Position numbers and translations under genes: made by a program
In this document: one piece after another, positions 37,758-47,593 of the stretch
How positions within the stretch are numbered: position 1 is the first letter of the stretch
Layout of the letters: each line of letters starts with the position of its first letter
Origin: Candidatus Latescibacterota bacterium
Lineage (GTDB): Bacteria > Latescibacterota > UBA2968 > UBA8231
Assembly: GCA_963422735.1 (NCBI GenBank)
Contig: OY730476.1
Location: 960,001-1,024,000 of the forward strand
Direction: 5' to 3'
Length of the DNA: 64,000 nucleotides
The notes under the pieces: model-generated
Database searches by the model: none
What the model was told of the DNA's origin: nothing
Seen by the model: the letters and a program-made list of their open reading frames with translations, nothing else

Positions 37758-38719
37758 CGCCGCTTTTGCTTCAGCGACCGATACGCCGCTTCGGTAAGCT
37801 TGGCTACTGCCACGGCAAAATCCGGCCGCTCATAGCCCTTACCGCCGTTGCGAATCCAGCGCAAAAAGGCTGCGTCCGGCGTATCTTCCCGCACCCGCTT
37901 GGGCACCTCCAACGGCTCCCCGTTCAGCAACACCTCCCGCACCTGCCACTGGTGCAAATGAAAGACCAAGGTCCCCGCGTCGCCGTGGATGGCCAGCCGC
38001 TCGTCGTGCCGGCTCGCGCTGCCGACAAAGCTCAGCGATCCCAACGCGCCACCGCGAAACCGCGCATTGATCACAGCATCCATATCCACCTGCTTGCCCC
38101 GCTTGTCCATGAAGGCCGAGACCTTTACCGGCGTCAAACCGGTAATCCACAACACCGCGGCCACCAAGTGACTGCCGGTGTCCATGAACATCCCGCCTCC
38201 TGACAACTCGGGCACCATCCGCCATCCCTTCCCGCCCCAGTTTTGCGTCACGTAGGCGACGATTCCCTTGATCTGGCCGAGAACACCCTTCTGCACCAGC
38301 TCTCGCGCACACGCATACGCTGGGTAAAAATTGCGCTGATAGCTGACGACCAACACGCGCTCGCGCTCGGCAGCCAGATCAATTAGGGCTTGGGCGTGGC
38401 GAGCCTTCGTCGTCAGGGGTTTCTCGACCAGAACGTGCAGATCCCGCTCTAGCGCGTAGCGCGCCTGTGCGTAGTGAGTCGAATGCGGCGAAGAAATCAG
38501 CACCCCATCGAGCGCATCTACGCCAATCATCTGCCGGTAGTCGGCGTAATATGTAGCCTCGGCCCCCCACGCTTCCATCAATTGCCGAGCCGACGCTTCC
38601 TCCGGGTCGGCAACCGCCACCAACTCTACGCGGCCATCGGCTTTTAGCCGGGGAATGTGGGCCCCGCGCATGTTGCCGCCACAGCCGATTAGACCGACGC
38701 GAATCTTCTTCTTTGCCAT
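37754..38719 (-). CDS. Gfo/Idh/MocA oxidoreductase
   Basis: GLIGCG, HVLVEKP and GGGMFMDTGSH motifs. Confidence 0.92.
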   Translation of the reverse strand: MAKKKIRVGLIGCGGNMRGAHIPRLKADGRVELVAVADPEEASARQLMEAWGAEATYYADYRQMIGVDALDGVLISSPHSTHYAQARYALERDLHVLVEKPLTTKARHAQALIDLAAERERVLVVSYQRNFYPAYACARELVQKGVLGQIKGIVAYVTQNWGGKGWRMVPELSGGGMFMDTGSHLVAAVLWITGLTPVKVSAFMDKRGKQVDMDAVINARFRGGALGSLSFVGSASRHDERLAIHGDAGTLVFHLHQWQVREVLLNGEPLEVPKRVREDTPDAAFLRWIRNGGKGYERPDFAVAVAKLTEAAYRSLKQKRR

Positions 38720-38771
38720 TGTGTTCCTCTCAATCTATTAGGTTAAACCCCGCCGAACATCCTCATCAGTC

Positions 38772-39380
38772 CTAACCGATTCCAAGTATCTTTGCGACAA
38801 ATTGGGTTCGTGCATAGAAAGCCCGGCTTGTGCTGCCATGCCCGGCTCCCTTGGTTCTCGGCTGAACCAGCACACCCATTTTGCCGGTTAGATACTCAAA
38901 TCCCTTGGTTGCAATGCAACTTCTCACTTCTTCATAATCTCTCTTTATTTGCTCGTAATCAGCCTCGTTATTGAGATCAAAAGCCGATACGTTCATCAAA
39001 ATAGATCGGTTCTCGTCCTTAGACTCGAATAACCTAGCGCAAATCACTACTCTTTTCAGTTTTGTGAGCAAGTGGCTTTGTTCAAAGGGGGTACGTTTGA
39101 CGTTGATCGGGTCGATCATGGTAATAGCCATAGTCTCCTTAACCCTGATGCTGCCATTAGCAAGTTTTTTCAATGGAACAATTTTTAGTTCCCATGATCC
39201 GAAGTTAGGTGACTACGCCGAATTGATGGGAAGCCCCAAGTACCTTTCAAGCAGATGACCTGCCCACCCTTTGTTTTTCTTGTCACCTCTCCAAATGCTC
39301 ACTTTATGTTGAGCGGCGAGTAAAACCAAATCCTGTCCCTTTAGCAATTTCAGCTTGCTGATTGCAGTTTCCCGTTCCAT
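38772..39380 (-). pseudogene. MutH/Sau3AI-family endonuclease with an internal amber stop at codon 56
   Basis: NKGWAGHLLERYLG...NSA*SPNFGSWELK...KETMAIT...QPRTKG...RAFY; TAG at 39213-39215. Confidence 0.85.
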
Positions 39381-39389
39381 TGAATCTCC

Positions 39390-40283
39390 TTACGCAAAAT
39401 TTAGGGACGATTGCCGGTTATCTATCGAGTAGATCAAACGTTCTATGGATAGATCGATAAACTCAGATTCGAGTTCTGTCCCCACGAATCTTCGTCGGAG
39501 GTTCACAGCGGCTACGCCGGTGGTTGAACTACCAGAAAAAGGATCGAAGATCAAGTCTCCTGCGTTTGTCGATGCCATAACTATCCTCTCTATGAGCGTA
39601 ATAGGCTTTTGAGTAGGGTGTTTGCCAAATTTTTTTTCTTCGCTATTAGGAGGCCTAAAAGACCATACCGACTTCATTTGTTTTCCATGGTTTAATTTCC
39701 TCATCTCGGCATAGTTAAAACAGTGCTTTGATTTTTCATTTTTAGCGGCCCAGATAATGGTTTCCGTTGCGTGAGTAAAATAGCGGCAAGACAAATTCGG
39801 CGGGGGATTGGGCTTTTCCCATGTAATATCGTTGAGAATCTTCATTCCCATCTGTTGCATGGCATAACCCACAGAGTGAATGACATGTTGGGTTCCAGAC
39901 ACCCAGATCGTTCCGTCGGGTTTCAATACTCTTTGACACCTCGATAACCAAGCGGTATTGAACTCGTGATTTATTTCTGGGCCTTTGGATTGGTCCCACT
40001 TTCCCTTATCGACCTTCACCATTTTTCCAGCGTGGCAGGTAATCCCTCCATTGGAAAGAAAATATGGAGGGTCTGCAAATATCATATCGAATTTGCCCTC
40101 CGGGTATTTGCCGATGAACATATCCAAAAACTCAAGACAATTAGCCCGATATAGGCAGATACCGAATTCATTATTGCAGAATACGCATTGGTTCGGTGAG
40201 TGTTCAGAACTCTCCATGACCAGCAAAGGCATAAGGGGGCTTTCTGGCGATTGCTCATAACTAGGCCCTTGCTTGTATTTCAT
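39390..40283 (-). CDS. Beta-class N6-adenine DNA methyltransferase, DpnA/DpnIIB-like
   Basis: DMIFADPPYFLSNGG, KGKWD, WEKPNPPPNL, HPTQKP and DPFSGSSTT motifs; AT-rich relative to flanks. Confidence 0.92.
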   Translation of the reverse strand: MKYKQGPSYEQSPESPLMPLLVMESSEHSPNQCVFCNNEFGICLYRANCLEFLDMFIGKYPEGKFDMIFADPPYFLSNGGITCHAGKMVKVDKGKWDQSKGPEINHEFNTAWLSRCQRVLKPDGTIWVSGTQHVIHSVGYAMQQMGMKILNDITWEKPNPPPNLSCRYFTHATETIIWAAKNEKSKHCFNYAEMRKLNHGKQMKSVWSFRPPNSEEKKFGKHPTQKPITLIERIVMASTNAGDLIFDPFSGSSTTGVAAVNLRRRFVGTELESEFIDLSIERLIYSIDNRQSSLNFA

Positions 40284-40401
40284 CTAGATAACTATCTCCT
40301 TAACCGTATCTGAATTTGGCTTGAGTAGGAACCAGCCAAATGGATATTAGAACGCCTAATGTGCCCCGAGCACGAGCGAAAAATGGTGGCAGCACCCGTC
40401 C

Positions 40402-41190
40402 TCAGTCGATTAGGCTAAACAACGGCGCGACTCCGCCGAACATACCCGGAAAGCGGAACACGGCCTCGTCCCGGTCGCAGATGCGTGCGAGGAGTGCTTC
40501 GTCGAGCAAGGCGCGCTGGCGGTCGAAAAGGATTTGCTCTTCTTCAACCGCGTACGAACCCTCGCGCCGCGCCTGATCTTGTACGGCGGTGATTTCAGGG
40601 TCGCCGGCCAGTTTTTCCGCCATCGTCCCTAAGAAACGTTCCAGCAACGGCCGATGCCTGCCGTTGGCCGCTTGTGCAGCCGCCGCGTCAAAGGCGGCAT
40701 GGGACTTCACCAGTCGCTCACGCCAGTCGTCGGGCACCTCGCCGTCGAGGGTGAAGGGGACAGCATGGCCCAATAGCGGCGTGCGGTCCTCGGTTTGAAA
40801 CGCCACGAGTACGCAATGGTCCTCCAAGGGCCGGGCTCGAAACCGGACGATGGCCCCCGGCTCAATATCGGCGATCTCGCCAGCGGCGAGCGGCTGCGTT
40901 TTTGCCCCGTCCATAGAGAGCACATCTAGATACGCCTCGGCGCAGAAGTAGGCGATGATATGCTCGCGAGGCCTCCCTTGTATCCCGCAACGCCCAAAAG
41001 GCAGCGAATACACCCAGTCGCTATCAGTCTCGCCATCGCCCTCCCCGAGCAACTGACGCAAGGCGCGATAAAGGCGCTCGGCTTCGCTCGCCGCAGCCGT
41101 AGGCCGCGGCGCAACCGCCCCCGCTTCATCCACCCCCACCCGATAAGGCACCCCGTACCCAAACAGCCGCACGCTCAACGGATTACCCAT
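40402..41190 (-). CDS. Hypothetical protein, degenerate cupin-like
   Basis: QPLAAGEIADIEPGAIVRF...VLVAFQ has cupin motif-2 spacing without the His. Confidence 0.55.
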   Translation of the reverse strand: MGNPLSVRLFGYGVPYRVGVDEAGAVAPRPTAAASEAERLYRALRQLLGEGDGETDSDWVYSLPFGRCGIQGRPREHIIAYFCAEAYLDVLSMDGAKTQPLAAGEIADIEPGAIVRFRARPLEDHCVLVAFQTEDRTPLLGHAVPFTLDGEVPDDWRERLVKSHAAFDAAAAQAANGRHRPLLERFLGTMAEKLAGDPEITAVQDQARREGSYAVEEEQILFDRQRALLDEALLARICDRDEAVFRFPGMFGGVAPLFSLID

Positions 41191-41225
41191 ACCATCCATC
41201 CTGTCCATCCCATAAATCTCATAAA

Positions 41226-42500
41226 TCACAGTAACTCGTCGGCGCACTCGGCCACCTTGCGGAAGGACGCAGCGTATTGCTCGATAACTGTGGCGTCGTA
41301 GTGCTTGAACCAAGGAATCGAATAGATGCGGCCGGTCATGCGCTCGGTCGCCGGCAGACTGCCCGGCCCTTGCCGCAGATCGCGGTTGGAGTGGGCGATG
41401 CGCGTGGGTTGGCCGTGTCCGTAAATATCGGCCTCGTTGAGCACCGGGTGCAGGTGCATCAGTTCATTGGCTCCCGGAAGGATCCTGTACGCCCCGGTCT
41501 CGGCCGTGACCGCCGCGCAGAAGCGCTCGACCGGTAGGCCGCCTAGCTCTTCGGGCACATACAGCCCCTTGGCCGCGTACCATCCGCCCATCGTCGAGCC
41601 GCTGTCAGCCGGCGGCCGATGCGCCTTGATCCCCGGGACGCCTTCGAGCCGATCCCAGAAGTAATTCATCGCCCGCTGGATCTCCTGCATCCGCTCGTCG
41701 TAGTGCTTTAGTTGCGTGCGACCCACCGCCGAAGATAGCTGATGCATCCGGTATTTGTACCCGCCCAGCGGCATCCCGGCAAAAGGCCTCAGCGCGGGAT
41801 CCTCTAGGGAACGGGTGCGCTCATAGTGCCCAAAGGCCGCAATGCGCTCGTACAGGGCTTGATCGTCGGTGACCACAAAGCCCCCCTCGCCGCAGGCCAG
41901 TGACTTGCCCGACATAATCGACATGGCACCGATGTGGCCGATGGTGCCCAGCCGCCGCCCCTTGTAGCGGCCGCCTTGAGCGTGCGAGACGTCTTCAATC
42001 ACCTTCAGCCCGTGTCGCTCGGCAATTTCCATAATCGGATCCATATCGGCTGGATAAGCGCAGTAATGCACGGGAACAATGGCCTTCGTCCGCTCGGTAA
42101 TGCGGTGCTCGATGTCGTTGGGGTCCATCGTCAGGGTGTCGGGGTCGATTTCGGAAAACACCACCGTCCCCCCCAGTGAGAACACCTGCAGCGACGTGCC
42201 CCAAAAGGTCATGCTCTGCGAGATGACCTCGTCACCAACGCCGACGCCGCAGGCCCACAGCGCGGCGTGGATCGCCGCCGTGCCCGTGTTGTGACAGAGG
42301 GCGTACTGCAAGCCAAAGTAGGACTTCAAATCCTCTTCAAAGGCCAAGGTTAGATCCCAGCCCGACATCGCCCCGCGACGCAGCACATCCAGCACGGCTG
42401 CCTCATCCTCGGCAGTGATGATCGGCCAGCGGAACATATCGCCTTCGTCAGCGGTGACGGCCTTGGGACCGCCGAAAAAGGCCAACTTGCTCATCGCCAT
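41226..42500 (-). CDS. DegT/DnrJ/EryC1/StrS aminotransferase
   Basis: GTAAIH, PVHY, EDVSHAQG and SGKSLACGEGG motifs. Confidence 0.92.
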   Translation of the reverse strand: MAMSKLAFFGGPKAVTADEGDMFRWPIITAEDEAAVLDVLRRGAMSGWDLTLAFEEDLKSYFGLQYALCHNTGTAAIHAALWACGVGVGDEVISQSMTFWGTSLQVFSLGGTVVFSEIDPDTLTMDPNDIEHRITERTKAIVPVHYCAYPADMDPIMEIAERHGLKVIEDVSHAQGGRYKGRRLGTIGHIGAMSIMSGKSLACGEGGFVVTDDQALYERIAAFGHYERTRSLEDPALRPFAGMPLGGYKYRMHQLSSAVGRTQLKHYDERMQEIQRAMNYFWDRLEGVPGIKAHRPPADSGSTMGGWYAAKGLYVPEELGGLPVERFCAAVTAETGAYRILPGANELMHLHPVLNEADIYGHGQPTRIAHSNRDLRQGPGSLPATERMTGRIYSIPWFKHYDATVIEQYAASFRKVAECADELL

Positions 42501-42549
42501 GCTATAGCCATCCCAAGTCATTCATAAGTAGGTAAGCGATAATCTACGT

Positions 42550-43536
42550 TTAAGAACCCGTAATTTTTCGCAGCCGCGCTGGCGTCGGCATGTAATCGCT
42601 CTCCCACACCTGCTGCACCACCCCGTCTTCGATATAGGCCAAGCGCGGATAACCGTGGCCAAAGATCAAGCGACGCAAGTCCGTCGTCGATATGGTGGCA
42701 ATGTCAAAGCGCGGTTGCAGCCGCTTCTTGAAGTCGATCAATTGCGGCGAGTCCTGCGCGAAACTCGTCAGGGCAATGAGCCGCGGCAACTGTGGGTCTT
42801 GTGCGAGGCCGTTCATCTTGGGTACGGCGTTTTGGCAGTGGATGCACGTGGGGCTGAACAACTCGATCAGGTACTCACCCTGCATCAAATCGACATCCAG
42901 CCCCTTGAGTGCCAAGCCAGAAAGCCGCACGCCGCTTTTGAGATCCGACTGCACAGTGCGCTCTATCTCGGGGAAAAACCGCCCACCGCCCACCGCCAGT
43001 CCGACGACGAGCGCACCTAACACCATCCGACTCGCCAGTGGCCAAACAGGCGCGCCGCCCGCCCCCCACCAATTGGGCCGATCAACCGCCGGCGCGGCAC
43101 TTGCACTGCGGTGCATTCCCCACCAAGCAAACAGCAGCACTGCCAGCATTGCGCCATCTTCTATTGTCGCTTCCTTTGGTCCGCGCTCAACGAGGGCACC
43201 AAAGCAGCCGCAGTCTATCGAGGCCCCCATGTGCCAAGCCTTGGCCGTCAGCGCGGTAAACGCAGCCATCAGCACCGTCGCCAGCGGCAAGCACAGCCGC
43301 GGATACCAGTTGAGCAGCAGTGCCCAGCCGAGGACGAATTCAATGGGCCCCAATGCGATGGCCACCTTGGCGGCTGCCGACGCGGACTCCCATTCTACCA
43401 CCCCGAGCATCTGCGCATAGGGAATGGCCTCCCAAAAAAAGAGCACCGGCTCCCATATCTTAATCGCTCCAGCAACTATATATACGACTCCGATAACCAT
43501 CTGGCCGACGCGCGCGGCCTTGCTTATAGCGTCCAT
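42550..43536 (-). CDS. MauE/DoxX membrane protein with a thioredoxin-like domain
   Basis: TM segments with CGCFG; C-terminal SPTCIHC and cis-Pro-like GYPR. Confidence 0.8.
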   Translation of the reverse strand: MDAISKAARVGQMVIGVVYIVAGAIKIWEPVLFFWEAIPYAQMLGVVEWESASAAAKVAIALGPIEFVLGWALLLNWYPRLCLPLATVLMAAFTALTAKAWHMGASIDCGCFGALVERGPKEATIEDGAMLAVLLFAWWGMHRSASAAPAVDRPNWWGAGGAPVWPLASRMVLGALVVGLAVGGGRFFPEIERTVQSDLKSGVRLSGLALKGLDVDLMQGEYLIELFSPTCIHCQNAVPKMNGLAQDPQLPRLIALTSFAQDSPQLIDFKKRLQPRFDIATISTTDLRRLIFGHGYPRLAYIEDGVVQQVWESDYMPTPARLRKITGS

Positions 43537-43548
43537 AATAAGTGCTCC

Positions 43549-46500
43549 TCAGTTGGTCAACTCGGTGAATACGGCTGAGAATACGCACCGCGTCTGCTGC
43601 ATGCGCGCCTCTACTTCGTCTTGGAAGGCCGCTACGTCTTCGCTGCCGAGGGCGCGGCTCAATATCTCCAACTCCCGGCCGGTCGGCAGGGCGTCGCTGG
43701 CTCTTTCGCTGGCGAGCCGCATGCCCTTTTCCACGGCTCGCAGATACTCGTACGCATCGAGAAGAAAGCGGCCCTGCTCCGGATCTAAACAACCCCGCTC
43801 GACGAGTAACTGCAGCGCATGTCTCGTGCTACCTACGCGCAAGTGCCGGTCTCGATAGCCCCACTTGAGCACGAGTACCTGCGCCACAAACTCGATATCG
43901 ACGATGCCGCCCGGGCCGCGCTTGATGTTGATGCGCGCCCGGCGCTTGCCCTGCGGCTCCATTCGCTGGCGCATCTCCTGCATCTGCGCGCCCAAGGCTT
44001 CGTCCACTTCCCGGCTGTAAACGAAGCGCTCAATCGCCCGCAAGACCCGCGCACCAAACTCGGCATCGCCGGCCACTTGGCGAGCGCGACTCAGCGCCAT
44101 CCGCTCCCAAGTGGCCGCCCGCTGCGCCAAGTAGCGGCGGTAGCCGACCAGCGAGATGGCCATGGGGGCACCGGCCCCTTCGGGTCGGAGCCGCGCATCC
44201 ACCGAGTACAGCCCCTGCTCGGCTAACAGGGCGATCAAGCGCTGGCTAAGCTCGATGAAAAACACGCTATTCGGTACGCCGCGGCGCGTCTTGCCGTCGC
44301 TTTCGTACACGAAAAACAAATCCAGATCCGAGCCAAAATCCACCTCGCGGCCCCCAAATTTGCCAGCGGCCAACACGGCGAACCGCACGTCGCGACCCTG
44401 TCGGTTGCGCGGCTTGCCCCACCGCCGTACCAACGGACGCCAAGCCAGCCGATAAACCGCTTGCAACACCTCGTCGCCCAACTCCGTCAGCCGCAGGAAA
44501 GTCTCCTCCTCGGTCGCCAACCCCATCAGGTCGTCGGCCCCAATCCGCAGAAGGGATCGATTCTGCATCCGCGCAACGGCGTGCAAATCACCGCGCACTG
44601 GACCAGGCTCCAAGCCCCGGCCAGCTTGGTCGATTAAGCTGTCGAGCAGGGCCGGATCGCGGCGCAAAAGATCGGCGAGAAAGCGGCTTGCCCCACAGAT
44701 GGCAATGATCAAGGTGCGGAAGCCTGCGTACTCTTGTAATAAGGAGTACAAAGCACCCGGCGCACCATACGCCTCGACTAGTTGAGTGAAGCGCAAAAGC
44801 CCTTGATCCGGGTCGGGAGCCGCAGCCAGCGAATTCAGCAATTCCGGCAACAGGGCCTCAAAGCGTGCGCCCCCCCCACTCAACAGCAGGCCCATGGCCG
44901 CCAGCCGATGCAAGCGACGGTGTGCAGCCGCCCCATCGACAAAGCCCCGCGCCGCCAAGTCGGCTTTTGCCACCTCGCTGCCGCTTTCAACTTCCAAGAG
45001 CCACGTCGGGGAGCGCGGAGCCGCCGCGTCGCTGTAAAACAGCGCGGCAAACAGCCGGCGCACCCGCAGCCGATGCCCGGCCAGCTCACCGGCAAAGGCC
45101 CGTGCATCTCCATAGCCCATAATCAGGGCCAAGGCTCGCGCGGCCCGCGCCTCTTCCGGGATGGCGTAGTCGGGACGGCCAGAGGCGATTTGTAGTAGGT
45201 TTTCAACGCGGCGAAAAAACTCGTACGCGCTCTTTAGCGCACTGGCCTCTGCCACAGTCAATGCCGTCACCGCGGCCAAGCAGTCGATGGCGGCCAGCGT
45301 GTTGTGGATGCGCGCTTGGGGATGGATGCCCCCGTAGAGTAGCTGTAGGCACTGGACGATGAATTCGATGTCGCGGATCCCACCGGCTTGCAACTTGATG
45401 TTGTTCTCGCCGCGGGGACGCTCGCGGATGCTCGCCTCAATCCGCTCCTTGATGCGGCGGATTTCCTCGTGCGGTGCCGAGTGGAAGTGGGCCGGGTAGA
45501 TAAAGGGCCGGAGCATGGCCGCGTATTGTCCCCCCAACGTCGGCGATCCCGCCACGCGCCGGGCCTTGATGAGCATCTGCCGCTCCCACAGTTCCCCACG
45601 CGTCTCGTAATAAGCCCAACTCGCACGCAACGAGTGGGTCAAGGTACCGCTCGCGCCTTCGGGGCGCAGCCGCATATCGACTCGGTAGAAAAACCCATCC
45701 TTGGTCGCCGCGGTCAGCACCTGGACTAGGCGCTGGCCCAAGCGGCGGAAGAACTCGCTGTTCGCCAGCGGCGTCCCCCCCCGTTCGGGCTGGGTCTCGC
45801 CTTCGCCGTCCCACACGAAAATCAGGTCAATGTCCGAGCTATAATTTAACTCCTGCCCTCCATATTTGCCCAAACCGACGACGAGGAAGCGCGCCGGGCG
45901 GCCGCGTTCGTCTAGCGGCTGCCCGTGGTCATGCCACAAGTCGTACTGGCATGTTTCGAGGGCTAACTCGACCACCATGTCGGCTAGGTCAGCTAGCTCT
46001 TTCCCTATTTGTGCGACCGGCTTAGTGCCGAGGATCTCGGCGGCACCAATGCGCAAAATTTCGCGCCGATGCACCCGCCGCAATACCTCCAAACGCTCCT
46101 CGGACTCGGAGGTATGACCGAGCTCGGTGCGCAAAATCTGCCGTAGGACACTCCGCTTTAGCGGCTCGACTAAATGCGGGGTCTCGGCCAACAGCCACAG
46201 CAGGAACTCGGAATTGCACACCAAGATGTCGGCGAGAAAGGTGCTGTGACTCACGATCTGCACCAAGCGCTGGCACAGGATGGAGTCGGCCTCCAAGTGA
46301 GATAAAAGCCCCCGCGGACTGCCGTACGCCATGGCCAAACGCGCCAACTGCCGCAGCCCCTCGTCCGGCCGTCCCGTCGCGGCTAGTTCGGCCAACGCGA
46401 GGGCTGGCAGCGGCGCGGATTGCGGCGGGCTGCCCATCCGGTCCAAGGTCTCTAGAGCCTGGACCGGATGGGCAAAGCCCAATTGCTCTAGTGGATCCAG

Positions 46501-46557
46501 GGCTTTGGCCGCGTCGGCAGTGAGGGCGCAACGGGCCAGTTCCAATGCGGTGGGCAC
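43549..46557 (-). CDS. glnE: Glutamine synthetase adenylyltransferase / adenylyl-removing enzyme
   Basis: Two NT domains: GKYGGQELNYSSDIDL and GKFGGREVDFGSDLDL; VDMRLRPEG; GGIRDIEF. Confidence 0.93.
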   Translation of the reverse strand: MPTALELARCALTADAAKALDPLEQLGFAHPVQALETLDRMGSPPQSAPLPALALAELAATGRPDEGLRQLARLAMAYGSPRGLLSHLEADSILCQRLVQIVSHSTFLADILVCNSEFLLWLLAETPHLVEPLKRSVLRQILRTELGHTSESEERLEVLRRVHRREILRIGAAEILGTKPVAQIGKELADLADMVVELALETCQYDLWHDHGQPLDERGRPARFLVVGLGKYGGQELNYSSDIDLIFVWDGEGETQPERGGTPLANSEFFRRLGQRLVQVLTAATKDGFFYRVDMRLRPEGASGTLTHSLRASWAYYETRGELWERQMLIKARRVAGSPTLGGQYAAMLRPFIYPAHFHSAPHEEIRRIKERIEASIRERPRGENNIKLQAGGIRDIEFIVQCLQLLYGGIHPQARIHNTLAAIDCLAAVTALTVAEASALKSAYEFFRRVENLLQIASGRPDYAIPEEARAARALALIMGYGDARAFAGELAGHRLRVRRLFAALFYSDAAAPRSPTWLLEVESGSEVAKADLAARGFVDGAAAHRRLHRLAAMGLLLSGGGARFEALLPELLNSLAAAPDPDQGLLRFTQLVEAYGAPGALYSLLQEYAGFRTLIIAICGASRFLADLLRRDPALLDSLIDQAGRGLEPGPVRGDLHAVARMQNRSLLRIGADDLMGLATEEETFLRLTELGDEVLQAVYRLAWRPLVRRWGKPRNRQGRDVRFAVLAAGKFGGREVDFGSDLDLFFVYESDGKTRRGVPNSVFFIELSQRLIALLAEQGLYSVDARLRPEGAGAPMAISLVGYRRYLAQRAATWERMALSRARQVAGDAEFGARVLRAIERFVYSREVDEALGAQMQEMRQRMEPQGKRRARINIKRGPGGIVDIEFVAQVLVLKWGYRDRHLRVGSTRHALQLLVERGCLDPEQGRFLLDAYEYLRAVEKGMRLASERASDALPTGRELEILSRALGSEDVAAFQDEVEARMQQTRCVFSAVFTELTN

Positions 46558-46567
46558 TGCCGGGGCT

Positions 46568-46906
46568 TCAGAGGGCGTTTTCGCCGGTTTCGCCGGTGCG
46601 GATGCGGATAGCCTCAACCAAGTTGGAGACGAAGATCTTACCATCGCCGACCTCGCCGGTGGCAGCCGACTGCAAAATCGCCTCCACCGCTTCGTCGAGT
46701 AGGCCATCGCCAACGGCCAATTCAATGCGAATTTTGGGCATGAAGTCGAGCTGGTACTCGGCACCGCGGTAGATTTCGCTGTGGCCGCGCTGGCGACCGC
46801 AGCCGCGCACCTCGCTGACGGACATCCCGACGAGGCCAATCGCGGCCAAGGAGCTTTTGACCTCATCGAGTTTGAAGGGCTTGATAAAGGCCACGATGTT
46901 TTTCAC
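46568..46906 (-). CDS. glnB: P-II nitrogen regulator
   Basis: IKPFKLDEVK, GRQRG.SEIYRGAEY and GDGKIFV motifs. Confidence 0.93.
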   Translation of the reverse strand: MKNIVAFIKPFKLDEVKSSLAAIGLVGMSVSEVRGCGRQRGHSEIYRGAEYQLDFMPKIRIELAVGDGLLDEAVEAILQSAATGEVGDGKIFVSNLVEAIRIRTGETGENAL

Positions 46907-46916
46907 GGCATCCCTT

Positions 46917-47540
46917 TCAGCGAGGCGAAAACCGGGGCTTGCGGCCGTAGCTTACGCCGCCGGCCGCCGGCATCTCGGCGACGCCGAGGGGCTTTTGTTG
47001 GCTGCCGTGGGTTGGGCCGATGCAACTGGCCGGGATCTCTTCGGTTAGCACGACCGCGCCGCGGGCGAAAAAGCGATAACCCTCGTCGTGGGCCTTGGCC
47101 GCGAGAATTTCCACCACGCAGGGGGTGTCGCGTTGGTGGCTGTGCGACTCGGCCGCCTCGTGCGTCAGCGACAGATGCACGTAGTAGCGATCACCTGGGG
47201 AAATGCCCTCGCGAGCAAAGCGCTGGGCCGCGCTGCGGGTCGTACCCATGTAGAGCCGCTCGGGTGGCGGATCCATAGGCTCGCCGTCCATATCGACGAA
47301 AAAACTGTGTCCGTACAGTGCGCGGAGGCCGAACTCGTTCAGTTCAAAGCGATACTGCTCTGGATCCTTGACGAGGGCAACGATCTCGGCTTCGGGCACC
47401 TCTGAGTAGCGTTCCTGTACTCCTTGCAGCACCTGATCCAACGGCGCGTAGCCGTAGGCATCTATCTCCAGTCCGAATTCGTCGGGCCGGTGCCTGAGCA
47501 TCAGCGAAAGCAATTTGGAAATGCGACTTGTATTGGCCAC
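46917..47540 (-). CDS. kptA: RNA 2'-phosphotransferase (KptA/Tpt1)
   Basis: SKLLSLMLRH.P, RALYGHS and RYYVHLS motifs. Confidence 0.85.
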   Translation of the reverse strand: MANTSRISKLLSLMLRHRPDEFGLEIDAYGYAPLDQVLQGVQERYSEVPEAEIVALVKDPEQYRFELNEFGLRALYGHSFFVDMDGEPMDPPPERLYMGTTRSAAQRFAREGISPGDRYYVHLSLTHEAAESHSHQRDTPCVVEILAAKAHDEGYRFFARGAVVLTEEIPASCIGPTHGSQQKPLGVAEMPAAGGVSYGRKPRFSPR

Positions 47541-47593
47541 TGCTCATCGCGTCCTTTCAACATTAGTTCGCCGGCTCGCAGGCCGGCGCAGTC

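Noticed and set aside
33291-39215. Amber recoding suggested by two in-frame TAGs (33291 and 39213)
   Set aside because: Many intact genes here end in TAG (for example at 1019, 2736 and 15000), and the 33.3 kb gene also has a frameshift. Point mutation is simpler.
41192-41228. Degenerate nonamer run ATCCTGTCC-ATCCCATAA-ATCTCATAA
   Set aside because: Only about three poor units; too short to support a function.
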